64,000 nucleotides of DNA. Source: Sphingomonas sp. GTDB lineage: Bacteria; Pseudomonadota; Alphaproteobacteria; Sphingomonadales; Sphingomonadaceae. The stretch spans positions 57,374 to 121,373 of the forward strand of contig JBAZYJ010000011.1 of NCBI GenBank assembly GCA_041659385.1, in the 5' to 3' direction. The notes below the pieces were generated by a model that ran no database searches, was not told the DNA's origin, and saw only the letters and a list, made by a program, of their open reading frames with translations. Each line of letters opens with the position of its first letter. The stretch's first letter is position 1. Both the position numbers and the translations under genes were made by a program. Below are positions 37,041 to 47,484 of this stretch, in pieces.

Positions 37041-38627
37041 ATGCGTCAGTTCTTCACCGCACTTCTGCTGTCGGCCGCGCTTGTCGCCCCGATGTCGGCA
37101 ACCGCCGCGCCGAAGGTGGAGGAAGCATCGATCAGCGACCTTCAGGCGATGATGGCCAGGGGGCAGGCGACGAGCGTATCGATCACCCAGGCATATCTGG
37201 CGCGCATCGCGGCGATGGATCGCAAGGGGCCGTCGCTGCACGCCGTCATCGCCACCAATCCAGATGCATTGGCGCAGGCGCGCGCGGCCGACGCCCGGCG
37301 CAAGGCGGGAAAATCGCTTGGCCCGCTCGACGGGGTGCCCGTGCTCATCAAGGACAATATCGAAACGCTTGATCCGCTGCCGACCACCGCAGGCAGCCTG
37401 GCCTTGAAGGACAATGTGTCGGGCCGTGATGCGCCGGTGGTCGCCGGGCTGCGGGCGGCGGGCGCGGTGATCCTGGGCAAGACCAATTTGAGCGAATGGG
37501 CCAATATCCGCTCGAACAGTTCGATCAGCGGGTGGAGCGCGGTCGGCGGGCAAGTCCACAACCCCTATGCGCTTGATCGCACCGCCTGCGGATCGTCGAG
37601 CGGATCGGGCGCCGCCGTCGCCGCCAGTTTCGCCGCTGCAGCGCTGGGCACCGAAACCGACGGGTCGGTGGTCTGCCCATCCTCGATCAACGGGCTGGTG
37701 GGGTTGAAACCCACCCTGGGAATGGTCAGCCGCACTCACGTCGTGCCGATCAGCCACAGCCAGGATACCCCCGGGCCGATGACGAGGAACGTGCGCGACG
37801 CCGCGATCCTGTTTTCCTCGATGATCGCCACCGATCCGGTCGACCCTGCGACCAGGGCGGCGGACGAACACAAGCAGGATTATGCCGCCGGGCTGGCCGC
37901 TGCGTCGTTGAAGGGAGTGCGTATCGCCGTGGTGCGCCCGCAGATGGGGCCGGATCTTGCGGCGCGCTTCGATGCCGCGCTCAATGTGCTGAAGGCGCAA
38001 GGCGCGGTGCTGGTCGACGTCGAACGGCCCAAGCTCGATGGACTGGGCGAGGCCGAGTTCCAGGTGCTGATGACCGAGCTGAAGGCGGATATGAACAGCT
38101 ATCTCGCGTCGACGCCGGCGACGGTGAAATCGCGCACCCTGGCGGACCTGATTGCCTTCAACGAAACGAACAAGGCGACAGAAATGCCGTTCTTCGGCCA
38201 GGAATCCTTCCTGGTCGCTGAAAAGACCAAGGGGCTGGACGATCCGGAATATCTGGGCGCGCGGGCGAAATCGCTGCGACTGGCGGGTGCGGAAGGGATC
38301 GACGCGATGCTCGCCAAGGCCAATGCGACGATCCTGGTCGAGCCGAGCTATGGCCCCGGCTGGTTGATCGACCCGATTTATGGCGACCAGTATCAAGGGC
38401 CATCGTCGAGCGAATTGCCCGCTGTTTCGGGCTATCCCAACCTGACCGTGCCGATGGGGCTGGCCAAGGGGCTGCCGGTCGGCCTGTCGTTCATCGGCAA
38501 GCCTTATACCGAACAGGCGCTGCTCGGCGCGGGCTATGTCTATGAACAGGCAAGCCATGCGCGCACCGCCCCGCGCTATCTGCCGCAGGCCGATGTCGGG
38601 CCGGGCCTGGAGGGTGCGGCGAGATAG
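37041..38627 (+). CDS. Secreted amidase-signature family amidase
   Basis: Signal peptide, IKDNI, GSSSGSG, GTETDGSV. Confidence 0.92.
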   Translation: MRQFFTALLLSAALVAPMSATAAPKVEEASISDLQAMMARGQATSVSITQAYLARIAAMDRKGPSLHAVIATNPDALAQARAADARRKAGKSLGPLDGVPVLIKDNIETLDPLPTTAGSLALKDNVSGRDAPVVAGLRAAGAVILGKTNLSEWANIRSNSSISGWSAVGGQVHNPYALDRTACGSSSGSGAAVAASFAAAALGTETDGSVVCPSSINGLVGLKPTLGMVSRTHVVPISHSQDTPGPMTRNVRDAAILFSSMIATDPVDPATRAADEHKQDYAAGLAAASLKGVRIAVVRPQMGPDLAARFDAALNVLKAQGAVLVDVERPKLDGLGEAEFQVLMTELKADMNSYLASTPATVKSRTLADLIAFNETNKATEMPFFGQESFLVAEKTKGLDDPEYLGARAKSLRLAGAEGIDAMLAKANATILVEPSYGPGWLIDPIYGDQYQGPSSSELPAVSGYPNLTVPMGLAKGLPVGLSFIGKPYTEQALLGAGYVYEQASHARTAPRYLPQADVGPGLEGAAR

Positions 38628-38833
38628 GTAAGCTTCCTCAAAACAAGATCAACAGATAAGGGATTGAACCGCTGTCTCGATGCGGGGAACGAGGAAATGA
38701 TCGGCATTTTAAAAGGAAAATTTAGTTAATTCATTGTAATTATTTAATTAATTTGACATTCCTTGTTCCCCTCCCTTATCCTTCGGATCGTCATCCAGCC
38801 GACACGGATGACCTCGCTAAGGAGGAATGTCAT

Positions 38834-39064
38834 ATGACAATTGCTACGGTGTTGTTGTTGCTTGCAGCTCCGGCCAGCGGTGGATCCGTTGGTCTGAGCA
38901 CATCGCCGGGGCCGGCTGAAACCAGTTTGCAGTATTGCCTGCCGCGGGTTGATGATCCGATTGACAATCCTTTTGAAGAAATCTGTGATGTGGTTAATCC
39001 GCCGCCGCCGCAGCCGACGCTGCCGCCTTTTCCGCCCCCACCCCCGCCTCCATATGCTGACTGA
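38834..39064 (+). CDS. Small secreted Pro-rich protein with a Cys pair (76 aa)
   Basis: Strong SD AAGGAGG, signal peptide-like N-terminus, AT-rich upstream region. Confidence 0.6.
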   Translation: MTIATVLLLLAAPASGGSVGLSTSPGPAETSLQYCLPRVDDPIDNPFEEICDVVNPPPPQPTLPPFPPPPPPPYAD

Positions 39065-39190
39065 ATTTATCGTTCCGTTGTAAGGTCGGCGGGTAATCGG
39101 AAGTGATAGCTTTCGATTACCCGTCCATTCCAAATCATGCTGCCATAGGTGGTTCGACGGGGTATGGGGATTTGGGAATCGAGTGGCTGC

Positions 39191-39676
39191 CTAATCTGAC
39201 ATCGGGTCCAGGTCATGGGCTTCGCGGCGTTCGAGCAGTTCCACCCGGATATGCGTCGCGCGCAGCGACAGGCGAACCTCCACCATGAAGGCGACAAGCC
39301 CGGCGACCAGCAGCATCATCGCGGCGATGAAGATCAGCGCCACGACGGTGCCGATGTGCAGATGGGAAAGTTCGGCGACAAACAGCAGCGCAACCACGCA
39401 GCAGATCGCCACCGCGCTGGTCACGCACAGGAACAGCGATGTGTTGATGACCGACATGCGCCGATCGAGCAGGCGCAATTCCCAGACATGCCGTTCCTGT
39501 TCGGGGCCGGTGGTGCGCGGGTGCAGCGCTTCCAGCGCGCGGGCGCGATCGATGACGCGCGCCAGCCTGCTGGCGATGACGTTGAGCACCCCGGCAATGC
39601 CCGCGAGCATGAAGACCGGGCTGAGCGATAACTGAATCGTCTGGGCGATGGTGGTGACGGCTGGGGAGGCATCCAT
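39191..39676 (-). CDS. DUF2721-like membrane protein
   Basis: IQLSLSPVFMLAGIA...RLARVIDRAR pattern, 3 TM. Confidence 0.8.
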   Translation of the reverse strand: MDASPAVTTIAQTIQLSLSPVFMLAGIAGVLNVIASRLARVIDRARALEALHPRTTGPEQERHVWELRLLDRRMSVINTSLFLCVTSAVAICCVVALLFVAELSHLHIGTVVALIFIAAMMLLVAGLVAFMVEVRLSLRATHIRVELLERREAHDLDPMSD

Positions 39677-39837
39677 GCCGCCAGACTGGCGCGCGAACGC
39701 GGTTCGGGCAAGCGTATTGCATGGTGCCGCGTGCGACATGCCGCGCAAAGGGGACGATCAGACGCGCAGGTAGCGGAAATACCGGGCCAAAGGATCAAAC
39801 ATGCCCCGGCGACCTTATGCCAGGCGCATGCTCCGTT

Positions 39838-40956
39838 TCATTCGCCGCCCTGCGTTGCGGAAGATGTACGGTCGTCGGGTTGAATCGCGGGAGCATGCGG
39901 CTCCGCGTCGCCGATGATCTCCCATGCCGCCATGAACAGCGCGGCGATGACCGGTCCGATCACGAACCCGTTGAACCCCATCAATTCGAACCCGCCGAGC
40001 GTGGCGACAAGCACGACATAATCGGGCATCCGGGCATCGTGCCCGACCAGGATCGGGCGCACGATATTGTCGACGCTGCTGATGACGAAGAAGCCGCACG
40101 CCCCCAGCACGGCCCCCTGCCAGACGGCGCCCGTGGCCAGCAGGTAGATGGTCACCGGAACCCAGATCAACCCGGTGCCGATCGCGGGGAACAGCGAAAA
40201 CACGCCCATTGCGACGCCCCAGAGCAATGCGCCGGGAATTCCCAATGCCCAGAAGACCAGGCCACCGGTCGCTCCCTGGAGGACCGCGACAATCAGGCTG
40301 CCCTTGATCGTCGCGCGAACGACGGTGACGAACTTGGCGACCAGCACCGCGCGCTGGTCACCCCTCAGCGGAATGGCGCGCTCGATCCGCGCCGCCAGTT
40401 CGTGCCCGTCGCGCAGCAGGAAAAAGGTGAGATAGAGCATCACGCCGAGCGCGAGGAAGAAGCCGAACGCGCCCTGGCCGATGCCGAGCACTCGCACGGC
40501 CACCGCCTGAAAGCTGTTCGCAAAACCCTGGCCGAGCCTGGCGCGCAGGCCGCCCACATCGTCCAGGCCGATGTCGGCGAGCCAGCTTCTGGCCCAGCCC
40601 GGCAGGTGCGCCTGCATCTGGACGAACAGGTGGCCAAGATCGATCTCGCCGCTTTGTATGCGGGCGTAAAAGGCGGTGGCCTCGCGCAGCAGCGCCGCGC
40701 CGAGCAGGATTGCCGGCACCACCACCACAATGACGATAATCAGCAAGGTCGCCAGCGCCGCCCTGCCCGGACGCCGCGGCATCGCGGCAAGCAACCGCGC
40801 ATTGAGCGGCTCGAACAGCACGGCCGCGATTACCGCCCAGAGGATCGCGCCCGAAAACGGCGCCACAAGCCAGAAGAAGGCGAGCGTGGCGACGGCGACC
40901 AGCGCCAGAAGGAAAACGCGCGCCAGCGTCATGCCCGGAGGTGTATGCTCGCTCAC
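39838..40956 (-). CDS. AI-2E (UPF0118) family transporter
   Basis: PFSGAILWA, LTFFLLRDG, VDNIVRP, GFVIGP; GTG start overlaps the ATPase stop (GTGA). Confidence 0.88.
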   Translation of the reverse strand: MSEHTPPGMTLARVFLLALVAVATLAFFWLVAPFSGAILWAVIAAVLFEPLNARLLAAMPRRPGRAALATLLIIVIVVVVPAILLGAALLREATAFYARIQSGEIDLGHLFVQMQAHLPGWARSWLADIGLDDVGGLRARLGQGFANSFQAVAVRVLGIGQGAFGFFLALGVMLYLTFFLLRDGHELAARIERAIPLRGDQRAVLVAKFVTVVRATIKGSLIVAVLQGATGGLVFWALGIPGALLWGVAMGVFSLFPAIGTGLIWVPVTIYLLATGAVWQGAVLGACGFFVISSVDNIVRPILVGHDARMPDYVVLVATLGGFELMGFNGFVIGPVIAALFMAAWEIIGDAEPHAPAIQPDDRTSSATQGGE

Positions 40957-43520
40957 GACGCCATGACCGGGCCGCGTCCCTGGACCGGCGATTCGGACGC
41001 GCTCAATCGCCGGACCAGGGGCTTGCAGCCTTCGAGCAACACCAGAAGCACGACGCCCAGGCCGATCGCCAGCGCCATGTCGCTCCAGGCGATCGATCCG
41101 AACTTCAGCAGGGCCTGCGCCTGCGGCAGGAACAGGATGAGCGTGGTGACGCAGGCGATGGCGGCCGCGACATAGCGCAGCGCGGCATTGTGCCGGACGA
41201 ACGCCTGTCCGAGCGAGGCGCTGAATGACCGGTTGACCAGGATCAGCGCAACGATCCCGGCGATCAGCGCGAAGAAGGTCAGCGCGCGGAGTTCGCCTTC
41301 CGGCATCCCCGACCAGCTTTCGACGAGGAAGACCGCCGCCAGCATCGCAAAGGCAAGCCCACCCTGGAACACGCTCCAGGCGATCATCGGCAGCGAGAAC
41401 AGGGCTTCCGACGGATCGCGTGGGCAACGGTGCATGATGTCATCCTCCTCGCGTTCGGCTTCGAACACCAGCGCGCAGACCGGGTCGATCACCATTTCCA
41501 GCAATGCGATATGGACGGGGCCGAACAGGATCGGCAACCCGAAGAACAAGGGCAGCAGCGCGAGCCCGGCGATCGGTACGTGTACCGCGAAGATGAAGGC
41601 CATCGCCTTGCGGATATTGTCATAAATTCGCCGCCCGAGCCGCACCGATTGCACGATCGACCCGAAATCATCCTCGAGCAGGATGATGGCGGAAGCTTCA
41701 CGCGCGACATCGGTGCCGCGCTTCCCCATGGCCACGCCGATATGCGCGGCCTTGAGCGAGGGCGCGTCGTTGACGCCGTCGCCGGTCATCGCAACGATCT
41801 CACCATCGGCCTTGAACGCCTGGACGATGCGCAGCTTCTGCTCGGGCATGATGCGGGCAAAGACGGTGGCGGTCTTCAGGCGCTCGGCAAGCCGGGCATC
41901 GTCGAGCGCAGCCAGGTCGGCGCCGGTGAGCACGTCGCCATCGGCGATCCCGGCCTGGGTCGCGATCGATCGTGCGGTGGCGGCATAGTCGCCGGTGATC
42001 ATCACCACGCGAATGCCGGCGCTGCGGCATTCCGCCACCGCGCCCGGTACGCTGGCGCGCAGCGGATCGGCCAGCCCGACCAGCCCGGTCAGCGCATACT
42101 CATACTCATGCTGCGTCTCGGCCCAGTTCCGATCGCGCGGAGTCGCGGTGGCGACGCCGAGGACGCGAATGCCGCGCACCGCCATGGCCTCGACCGCGGC
42201 GGTCATCGCGGCATGTTCGGGCGCAGGCAGGCGGCACAGGCTGGCGATCGCTTCCGGCGCGCCCTTGGCGGAAAGGGTCAGCGCGTCGCCGTCGTCCCAG
42301 ATGTTCGACATTGCCAGCAGGTCGGGACGCAACGCATAGGCATGCGCCAGCGCACCGGTCGGCAGGTCGGTGCCCACCATCGCGCCATGCGCGCCGCGGA
42401 GCGCGACTTCCATGGGATCGGTGGGCTGGGCCGCGCTCGCAAGCACGGCTGTCTCGATCAGGCCGTGATACGCCTCGGGAACGGTCGCGCCCATTCCGAG
42501 GCTATGGGTGTCGCCCGATGGCAACCAGAGTTCGGCGACCGACATGCGGTTCTCGGTCAACGTGCCGGTCTTGTCGGTGCACAGCACCGTCGCCGAACCG
42601 AGCGTCTCGATCGCCGCGGCGCGGCGGGTAAGCACGCCGACCTTGCCGATCCGCCACGCGCCCATTGCAAGGAACACCGTCAGGACGACGGGGAATTCCT
42701 CGGGCAGCAGCGACATGCCGATAGCGATGCCTGCCAGCACCGCCTCGATCCAGCCGCCGCGCAAAAGGCCGAACAACAGAACGACCAGCAGTGCGATGGC
42801 GCCGCCGCCGATCGCGCACCAGGTGACGATGCGCGTCGTTTCCCGGCGCAGCCGGGGCGCCTCGGTATCGAGCGTTGCGAGCGACTGGCCAATCCGTCCG
42901 ATCTCGCTGCGCGGTCCGGTCGCCAGCACGCGGGCGACGCCGGTGCCGCGCGTGACCAGGGAACCCGAATAAACGAAAGGTTGGCCCTCGCCGCCGGGGC
43001 GTCGCGCGTCGCCCGCCACATCCTGGGTCGCCACCGCCTTTCCGACCGGCAGCGATTCCCCCGTCAGCAGCGATTCGTCGGTCTGGAGATCGTCCGCCTC
43101 GACCAGAATGGCGTCGGCGGCGATGCGGTCGCCCTGTTCGAGCACGAGCAGGTCGTCGCGCACCACCTCGCGCCCGGCGATGCGGACACCTATCCCGTCC
43201 CGAATGACGAGCGCGCGCGGCGCCGACAGGTCGCGCAGCGCCTCGAGCACATGCTCGGTGCGGCTTTCCTGGATCACCGTGACCGCTACCGAGAAAGTGG
43301 CGAAGGCCAGCAGGATCAGCGCCTCGGTCGTGTCCCCCAGCAACAGATAGGCGATGCCCCCGGCGAGCAGCAGCGCCAGCATCGGCTCACGCAGGACCTC
43401 GATCACGATGCGCAGGACGGAGCGTTGCCCGGTCCGCGGCAGCTCGTTGGGGCCGTCGGCTTCCAGTCGTGCCCGCGCCGCATCCGCGGTCAGGCTGTCC
43501 GATCGAATGCCCTCAATCAT
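40953..43520 (-). CDS. Cation-translocating P-type ATPase (type II-like)
   Basis: LTGES, PEEFP, DKTGT, ITGD, GDGVND all intact. Confidence 0.93.
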   Translation of the reverse strand: MIEGIRSDSLTADAARARLEADGPNELPRTGQRSVLRIVIEVLREPMLALLLAGGIAYLLLGDTTEALILLAFATFSVAVTVIQESRTEHVLEALRDLSAPRALVIRDGIGVRIAGREVVRDDLLVLEQGDRIAADAILVEADDLQTDESLLTGESLPVGKAVATQDVAGDARRPGGEGQPFVYSGSLVTRGTGVARVLATGPRSEIGRIGQSLATLDTEAPRLRRETTRIVTWCAIGGGAIALLVVLLFGLLRGGWIEAVLAGIAIGMSLLPEEFPVVLTVFLAMGAWRIGKVGVLTRRAAAIETLGSATVLCTDKTGTLTENRMSVAELWLPSGDTHSLGMGATVPEAYHGLIETAVLASAAQPTDPMEVALRGAHGAMVGTDLPTGALAHAYALRPDLLAMSNIWDDGDALTLSAKGAPEAIASLCRLPAPEHAAMTAAVEAMAVRGIRVLGVATATPRDRNWAETQHEYEYALTGLVGLADPLRASVPGAVAECRSAGIRVVMITGDYAATARSIATQAGIADGDVLTGADLAALDDARLAERLKTATVFARIMPEQKLRIVQAFKADGEIVAMTGDGVNDAPSLKAAHIGVAMGKRGTDVAREASAIILLEDDFGSIVQSVRLGRRIYDNIRKAMAFIFAVHVPIAGLALLPLFFGLPILFGPVHIALLEMVIDPVCALVFEAEREEDDIMHRCPRDPSEALFSLPMIAWSVFQGGLAFAMLAAVFLVESWSGMPEGELRALTFFALIAGIVALILVNRSFSASLGQAFVRHNAALRYVAAAIACVTTLILFLPQAQALLKFGSIAWSDMALAIGLGVVLLVLLEGCKPLVRRLSASESPVQGRGPVMAS

Positions 43521-43869
43521 CGTCACGCCCGCTCCCTTCGCCGCCTTCGCCCGAGCCGCTGCGATGGCAGCGTGCGCAATTGACGATGTTACGGATGCTT
43601 TCTTCCGCATGCCCGGCGCGAATCCGGCCGGGTTGATGTTCGTGGCAACTGTAGCAGGAATAGCGCGAAAGAATGCCGTCGGCATGACAGGTGGCGCTGT
43701 TGGTGCCATGCGGGCCGGCCTGCGTGAAAAAACGGACATGGGGCGCGGTCGGCGCGGCGCGGCGCTTGGGCCGCGACAGGTCATCCGCGAAGCTTGTCCG
43801 TGCGGTCGTTACCAGTTGCGGCCCGTTATGGTCGGCGCTCCCGGCGCAACCCGGGGTCTGTATCATCAA
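43513..43869 (-). pseudogene. Degraded C-terminal fragment of a multiheme cytochrome c
   Basis: Intact CYSCH and CARCH; degenerate SATCH and CAGSADH; no signal peptide; in-frame stop just upstream. Confidence 0.7.
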
Positions 43870-43898
43870 CCGAATTCCGCTTTCGGCGGCGACGTGGG

Positions 43899-44579
43899 CT
43901 ATCGTCGGCTAAATTTCATATACCAGACCTCATGCCCCTGCCGCCGCGCCTTGGCTTCATAGCGGGTTTGCGGCCAGTCGTCGGGGCGGGTCAGGAAGTC
44001 GGCGGCGGTCTTTGCCAGCCAGTCGAAGTCGCGGCGCTGGTTCATCACCATCATCGACCAGCGGCAATAGGTCGGGTCGTCGGTGCCCAGCCGGAATTCA
44101 CCGCCGGGTTTCAGCTTGGCGGCGATCAGGTCGAGCGGGCCGTTGTTGACCATCCGCCGCTTGGCATGACGCGCCTTGGGCCATGGATCGGGGTGGAGAA
44201 GATAAACGCGCTCCAGGGTGGCATCAGGCAGGCGCTCCATCACCTGCAACGCATCGCCCATATGGACGCGAACGTTGGTCAGGCCGCCGTCGCGTACATG
44301 GTTCAGCGCGCTGACCACGCCGTTCAAAAACGGCTCGCAGCCGATAAAGCCGGTGCCGGGCCGCGCGGTCGCCTGACCGCTGAGATGCTCGCCACCGCCA
44401 AAGCCGATTTCAAATTCCAGTGGCCGATCATCGCCGAACAGCGTGGTGGCATCAAGCGCGCCGGTTGCGGGCACGTCCACACGCGGCAGCATGTCCTCGA
44501 TCAACGCGGCTTGCCCGACGCGCAGCTTGTGCCCCGCGCGGCGGCCGTAAAGGCGACGGATGGTGGTGGGATCGTTCAT
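43899..44579 (-). CDS. trmB: tRNA (guanine-N7)-methyltransferase
   Basis: EIGFGGGEH, GCEPF, PDPWPKARH, LGTDD, TRYE. Confidence 0.95.
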   Translation of the reverse strand: MNDPTTIRRLYGRRAGHKLRVGQAALIEDMLPRVDVPATGALDATTLFGDDRPLEFEIGFGGGEHLSGQATARPGTGFIGCEPFLNGVVSALNHVRDGGLTNVRVHMGDALQVMERLPDATLERVYLLHPDPWPKARHAKRRMVNNGPLDLIAAKLKPGGEFRLGTDDPTYCRWSMMVMNQRRDFDWLAKTAADFLTRPDDWPQTRYEAKARRQGHEVWYMKFSRR

Positions 44580-44739
44580 GGCGGGCGCTCATGCGCAAAT
44601 GGTCGCGGATAGGCAAGGGCAAGCTGGAAATTCGGCGTTCGCGCTTTGGTGCGCTCAACGACGACGAGCCATATTCCGCTGCCGCGCGCGAAGCGCAAAA
44701 TCCATTTTCCTTTTGCCAATATCCCTGTATCGATTCGCC

Positions 44740-46083
44740 ATGCGATTACCTTCAGGCAGGTTAGCCAGCGCCGTTTTCTGCGTGATTACGTCGCTGGTTA
44801 TTTACGCGATCTATTTGTGTCTTTCATGGGCAAGTCTCGGCGTAAATCAGCAGCGGCTGGAATTTCACGCGCGCCAGGCGTTTGCAGGCGGTGAATTGCT
44901 GAACATGGACAAGGCGCATTACAATATTCTGTTCGGCGCGCATCAGTTCAACGACTGCCTGATTATCGATCAGGCATTGTCGAGATTTGGAACGCCACTT
45001 CAGCGCACGGTCACGCCTTCCAACGGCTTTCCCGACAGGCACCTCGAAACATGCCCCCAGCTCCGCCAGTCATTGAACGGCGCGGGAGTATCCGGTCCAG
45101 GCGGTTTTTATCATAACTATGTCCACGGGCACACCGTGCTGGCGAGGGTGTTGCTTTCGATAGCCCCCTTGCGGGTGGTGCGGGAGGGCAATCGACTTGC
45201 GATTACCATCCTGTTGCTGGCCGGTTGCTACCTTTGCTGCCGCAACATGCTGATGCGCGGTGCCTCGGCGGAAAATCTGTTCTGGCTGGTATTCTTCATA
45301 GCTTTTGCGCGCTGGTTCGGCCTTGAATTGCTGGCGCCTTCGCTGGGCCACGCGCCGGCGGATTTCGTATTTTTCGCTTATGGCCTGGCCCTTGCGGCGA
45401 TGAGTTTCCGTCGGTGTGCGAACCTGCGCGCTTATATGCTGGTCGCCACGATTTTCGGCGCCTTGACGGCCATATTCGAATTCCTGACCGGCGGCATCCC
45501 GTTGGGATTGGCGCTGACCATTGGCGGGGTGGCGGTGGCGACGCCCGATGACGATCGAGTTGCGGAAAGCACCGCCGGTGCAGCGATCGCGTTCCTGCTG
45601 GCGGTCGCAACCGTGGCCGCCGCCAAAATCGTCAGCGTTCTCGTTGTCTTCGGTTCCGGTGCGCTTGGTCCCTCGACGGGGGATTTGCTGCATCGCATGT
45701 CGGGGTCGGTCCAGGGGCCCGAAGCGCCGCCGATTACGTTCGCGGCGATCATGGAACGGATGATTGACGGCTGGGAAACAATGACGCCGGGGCTTTGGCT
45801 TTTGTCCTTTGGGGCGATTTGTTTCGGCATCGTGCTTGGCGCATTTGCGCTCGGCAAGATGTGGCATGGCGAGAAACGTCTTCGGACGTTGCTGATTGCG
45901 GGGTCGAATTGCGTCCTGATCCTGTGGGTCGTGGTGTTCTGGCAGCATTTCTATGTGCACGCATGGTTCATGATGCGCATTTTCGCCTGGACGATCGCAA
46001 GCGGGGCCGGGCTGTTCGCAATGGCCTTGCACGACGCTGGTTCTCGACGAAGCTTGCCGAACATGCAGGGCGCCGCCGCGTAA
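44740..46083 (+). CDS. Polytopic membrane protein of unknown function (possible GT-C-like)
   Basis: N-terminal TM, about 110-aa periplasmic loop with FNDC and YHNYVHGH, then about 9 TM. Confidence 0.7.
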   Translation: MRLPSGRLASAVFCVITSLVIYAIYLCLSWASLGVNQQRLEFHARQAFAGGELLNMDKAHYNILFGAHQFNDCLIIDQALSRFGTPLQRTVTPSNGFPDRHLETCPQLRQSLNGAGVSGPGGFYHNYVHGHTVLARVLLSIAPLRVVREGNRLAITILLLAGCYLCCRNMLMRGASAENLFWLVFFIAFARWFGLELLAPSLGHAPADFVFFAYGLALAAMSFRRCANLRAYMLVATIFGALTAIFEFLTGGIPLGLALTIGGVAVATPDDDRVAESTAGAAIAFLLAVATVAAAKIVSVLVVFGSGALGPSTGDLLHRMSGSVQGPEAPPITFAAIMERMIDGWETMTPGLWLLSFGAICFGIVLGAFALGKMWHGEKRLRTLLIAGSNCVLILWVVVFWQHFYVHAWFMMRIFAWTIASGAGLFAMALHDAGSRRSLPNMQGAAA

Positions 46084-46148
46084 ATTGCGAATTGCGGCGC
46101 CTGGTCGCCCGACCGCCTGCCCCCCGACCAACGCCGCTCCATGAAGAA

Positions 46149-46178
46149 GGCCCCCGGCGACTTGAGTCGCCAGGGGCC
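46149..46178. terminator. Hairpin between convergent genes after metK
   Basis: GGCCCCCGGCGAC-ttga-GTCGCCAGGGGCC. Confidence 0.65.
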
Positions 46179-46214
46179 ATTTCGACAAATCTCGGTTTGC
46201 CGGAAACCCGTGCC

Positions 46215-47423
46215 TTATGCCAGCGCCGCCTTCAGGTCATCGACCAGATCGGTGCGTTCCCAAGGGAACAAGTCGCCTTCCGCCTTGCGGCCGAAATGGC
46301 CGTAAGCCGCGGTCTTGCGATAGATCGGCTTGTTGAGGCTGAGGTGAGTGCGGATGCCGCGCGGGGTCAACCCGCCCAGCTTGTCGATCTGGCCGATCGC
46401 CGCTTCGATCTCGTCGTCGCCCACCGTGCCGGTGCCGTGCGTATCGACATACAGCGACAGCGGCTTCGACACGCCGATCGCATAGGCAAGCTGGATGGTG
46501 CAGCGGGTGGCAAAACCGGCCGCGACGATGTTCTTGGCGAGATAGCGCGAGATATACGCCGCCGAGCGATCGACCTTGGTCGGGTCCTTGCCGCTGAACG
46601 CGCCGCCGCCATGCGGTGCCGCGCCACCATAAGTGTCGACGATGATCTTGCGGCCCGTCAGGCCGGCATCGCCATCCGGGCCGCCGATTTCAAAGCTGCC
46701 GGTCGGGTTGATGTGATAGACGGTTTCGTCCGACAGCAGTTCGGCGGGAATGATGTCGGCGACGACCTTTTTCACATAGGCGTGAAGTTCGGCTTCCTTG
46801 GCGCCTTCGTCATAGCCCTTGCCATGCTGCGTCGACACGACGATCGCGGTGCAGGCGACCGGGCGGCTGCCTTCATAGCGCAGCGTCACCTGGCTCTTGG
46901 CGTCCGGCTCCAGGAACGGCGCTGCGCCCGAATGGCGGTCAGCGGCCATGCGCTCCAGAATCTTGTGGCTGTAATACAGTGTCGCGGGCATCAGGTCGGG
47001 CGTGTCGTCGGTTGCGTAACCGAACATGATGCCCTGATCGCCTGCGCCTTCGTCCTTGTTGCCGCTGGCATCCACGCCCTGCGCGATGTGCGCCGACTGG
47101 CCGTGCAGGTTGTTGTGGAAAGCGAAGGTTTCCCAGTGGAAGCCGGCCTGTTCATAGCCGATTTCCTTCACGGTGTTGCGCACGGTCGCTTCGATTTCTT
47201 CCAGCGCGCCGGGTGCCCATTCGCCGTTTTCGTAAACGCCCTTGCAGCGGATCTCTCCGGCCAGGACGACAAGCTGCGTCGTGGTCAGCGTTTCGCAGGC
47301 GATGCGTGCTTCGGGATCCTTGGACAGGAACAGATCGACGATCGAATCGGAAATCTGGTCGGCAACTTTATCAGGATGGCCTTCGGAAACCGACTCGGAC
47401 GTGAACAGATAAGAAGAGCGCAT
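46215..47423 (-). CDS. metK: S-adenosylmethionine synthetase
   Basis: [32 protein letters not shown]. Confidence 0.97.
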   Translation of the reverse strand: MRSSYLFTSESVSEGHPDKVADQISDSIVDLFLSKDPEARIACETLTTTQLVVLAGEIRCKGVYENGEWAPGALEEIEATVRNTVKEIGYEQAGFHWETFAFHNNLHGQSAHIAQGVDASGNKDEGAGDQGIMFGYATDDTPDLMPATLYYSHKILERMAADRHSGAAPFLEPDAKSQVTLRYEGSRPVACTAIVVSTQHGKGYDEGAKEAELHAYVKKVVADIIPAELLSDETVYHINPTGSFEIGGPDGDAGLTGRKIIVDTYGGAAPHGGGAFSGKDPTKVDRSAAYISRYLAKNIVAAGFATRCTIQLAYAIGVSKPLSLYVDTHGTGTVGDDEIEAAIGQIDKLGGLTPRGIRTHLSLNKPIYRKTAAYGHFGRKAEGDLFPWERTDLVDDLKAALA

Positions 47424-47464
47424 GTAAGTCCCTCTAACTGGGCATAATAACGACAAAAGCCCTC

Positions 47465-47484
47465 ATATAAAGCTTTCGTTATAT
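47465..47484. promoter_or_regulatory. SahR-like operator upstream of metK
   Basis: Palindrome ATATAAAG-CTTT-CGTTATAT. Confidence 0.6.

Noticed and set aside
38720-38760. CtrA box in the AT-rich patch
   Set aside because: Several TTAA sites, but none at TTAA-N7-TTAA spacing.
39704-39720. Sigma54-like site CGGGCAAGCGTATTGCA
   Set aside because: It points into the antisense 3' end of the AI-2E gene with no plus-strand gene to drive; probably chance.
40957-41427. 529-aa version of the AI-2E ORF
   Set aside because: The extension lies in another frame of the P-type ATPase; the GTGA overlap gives a better start.
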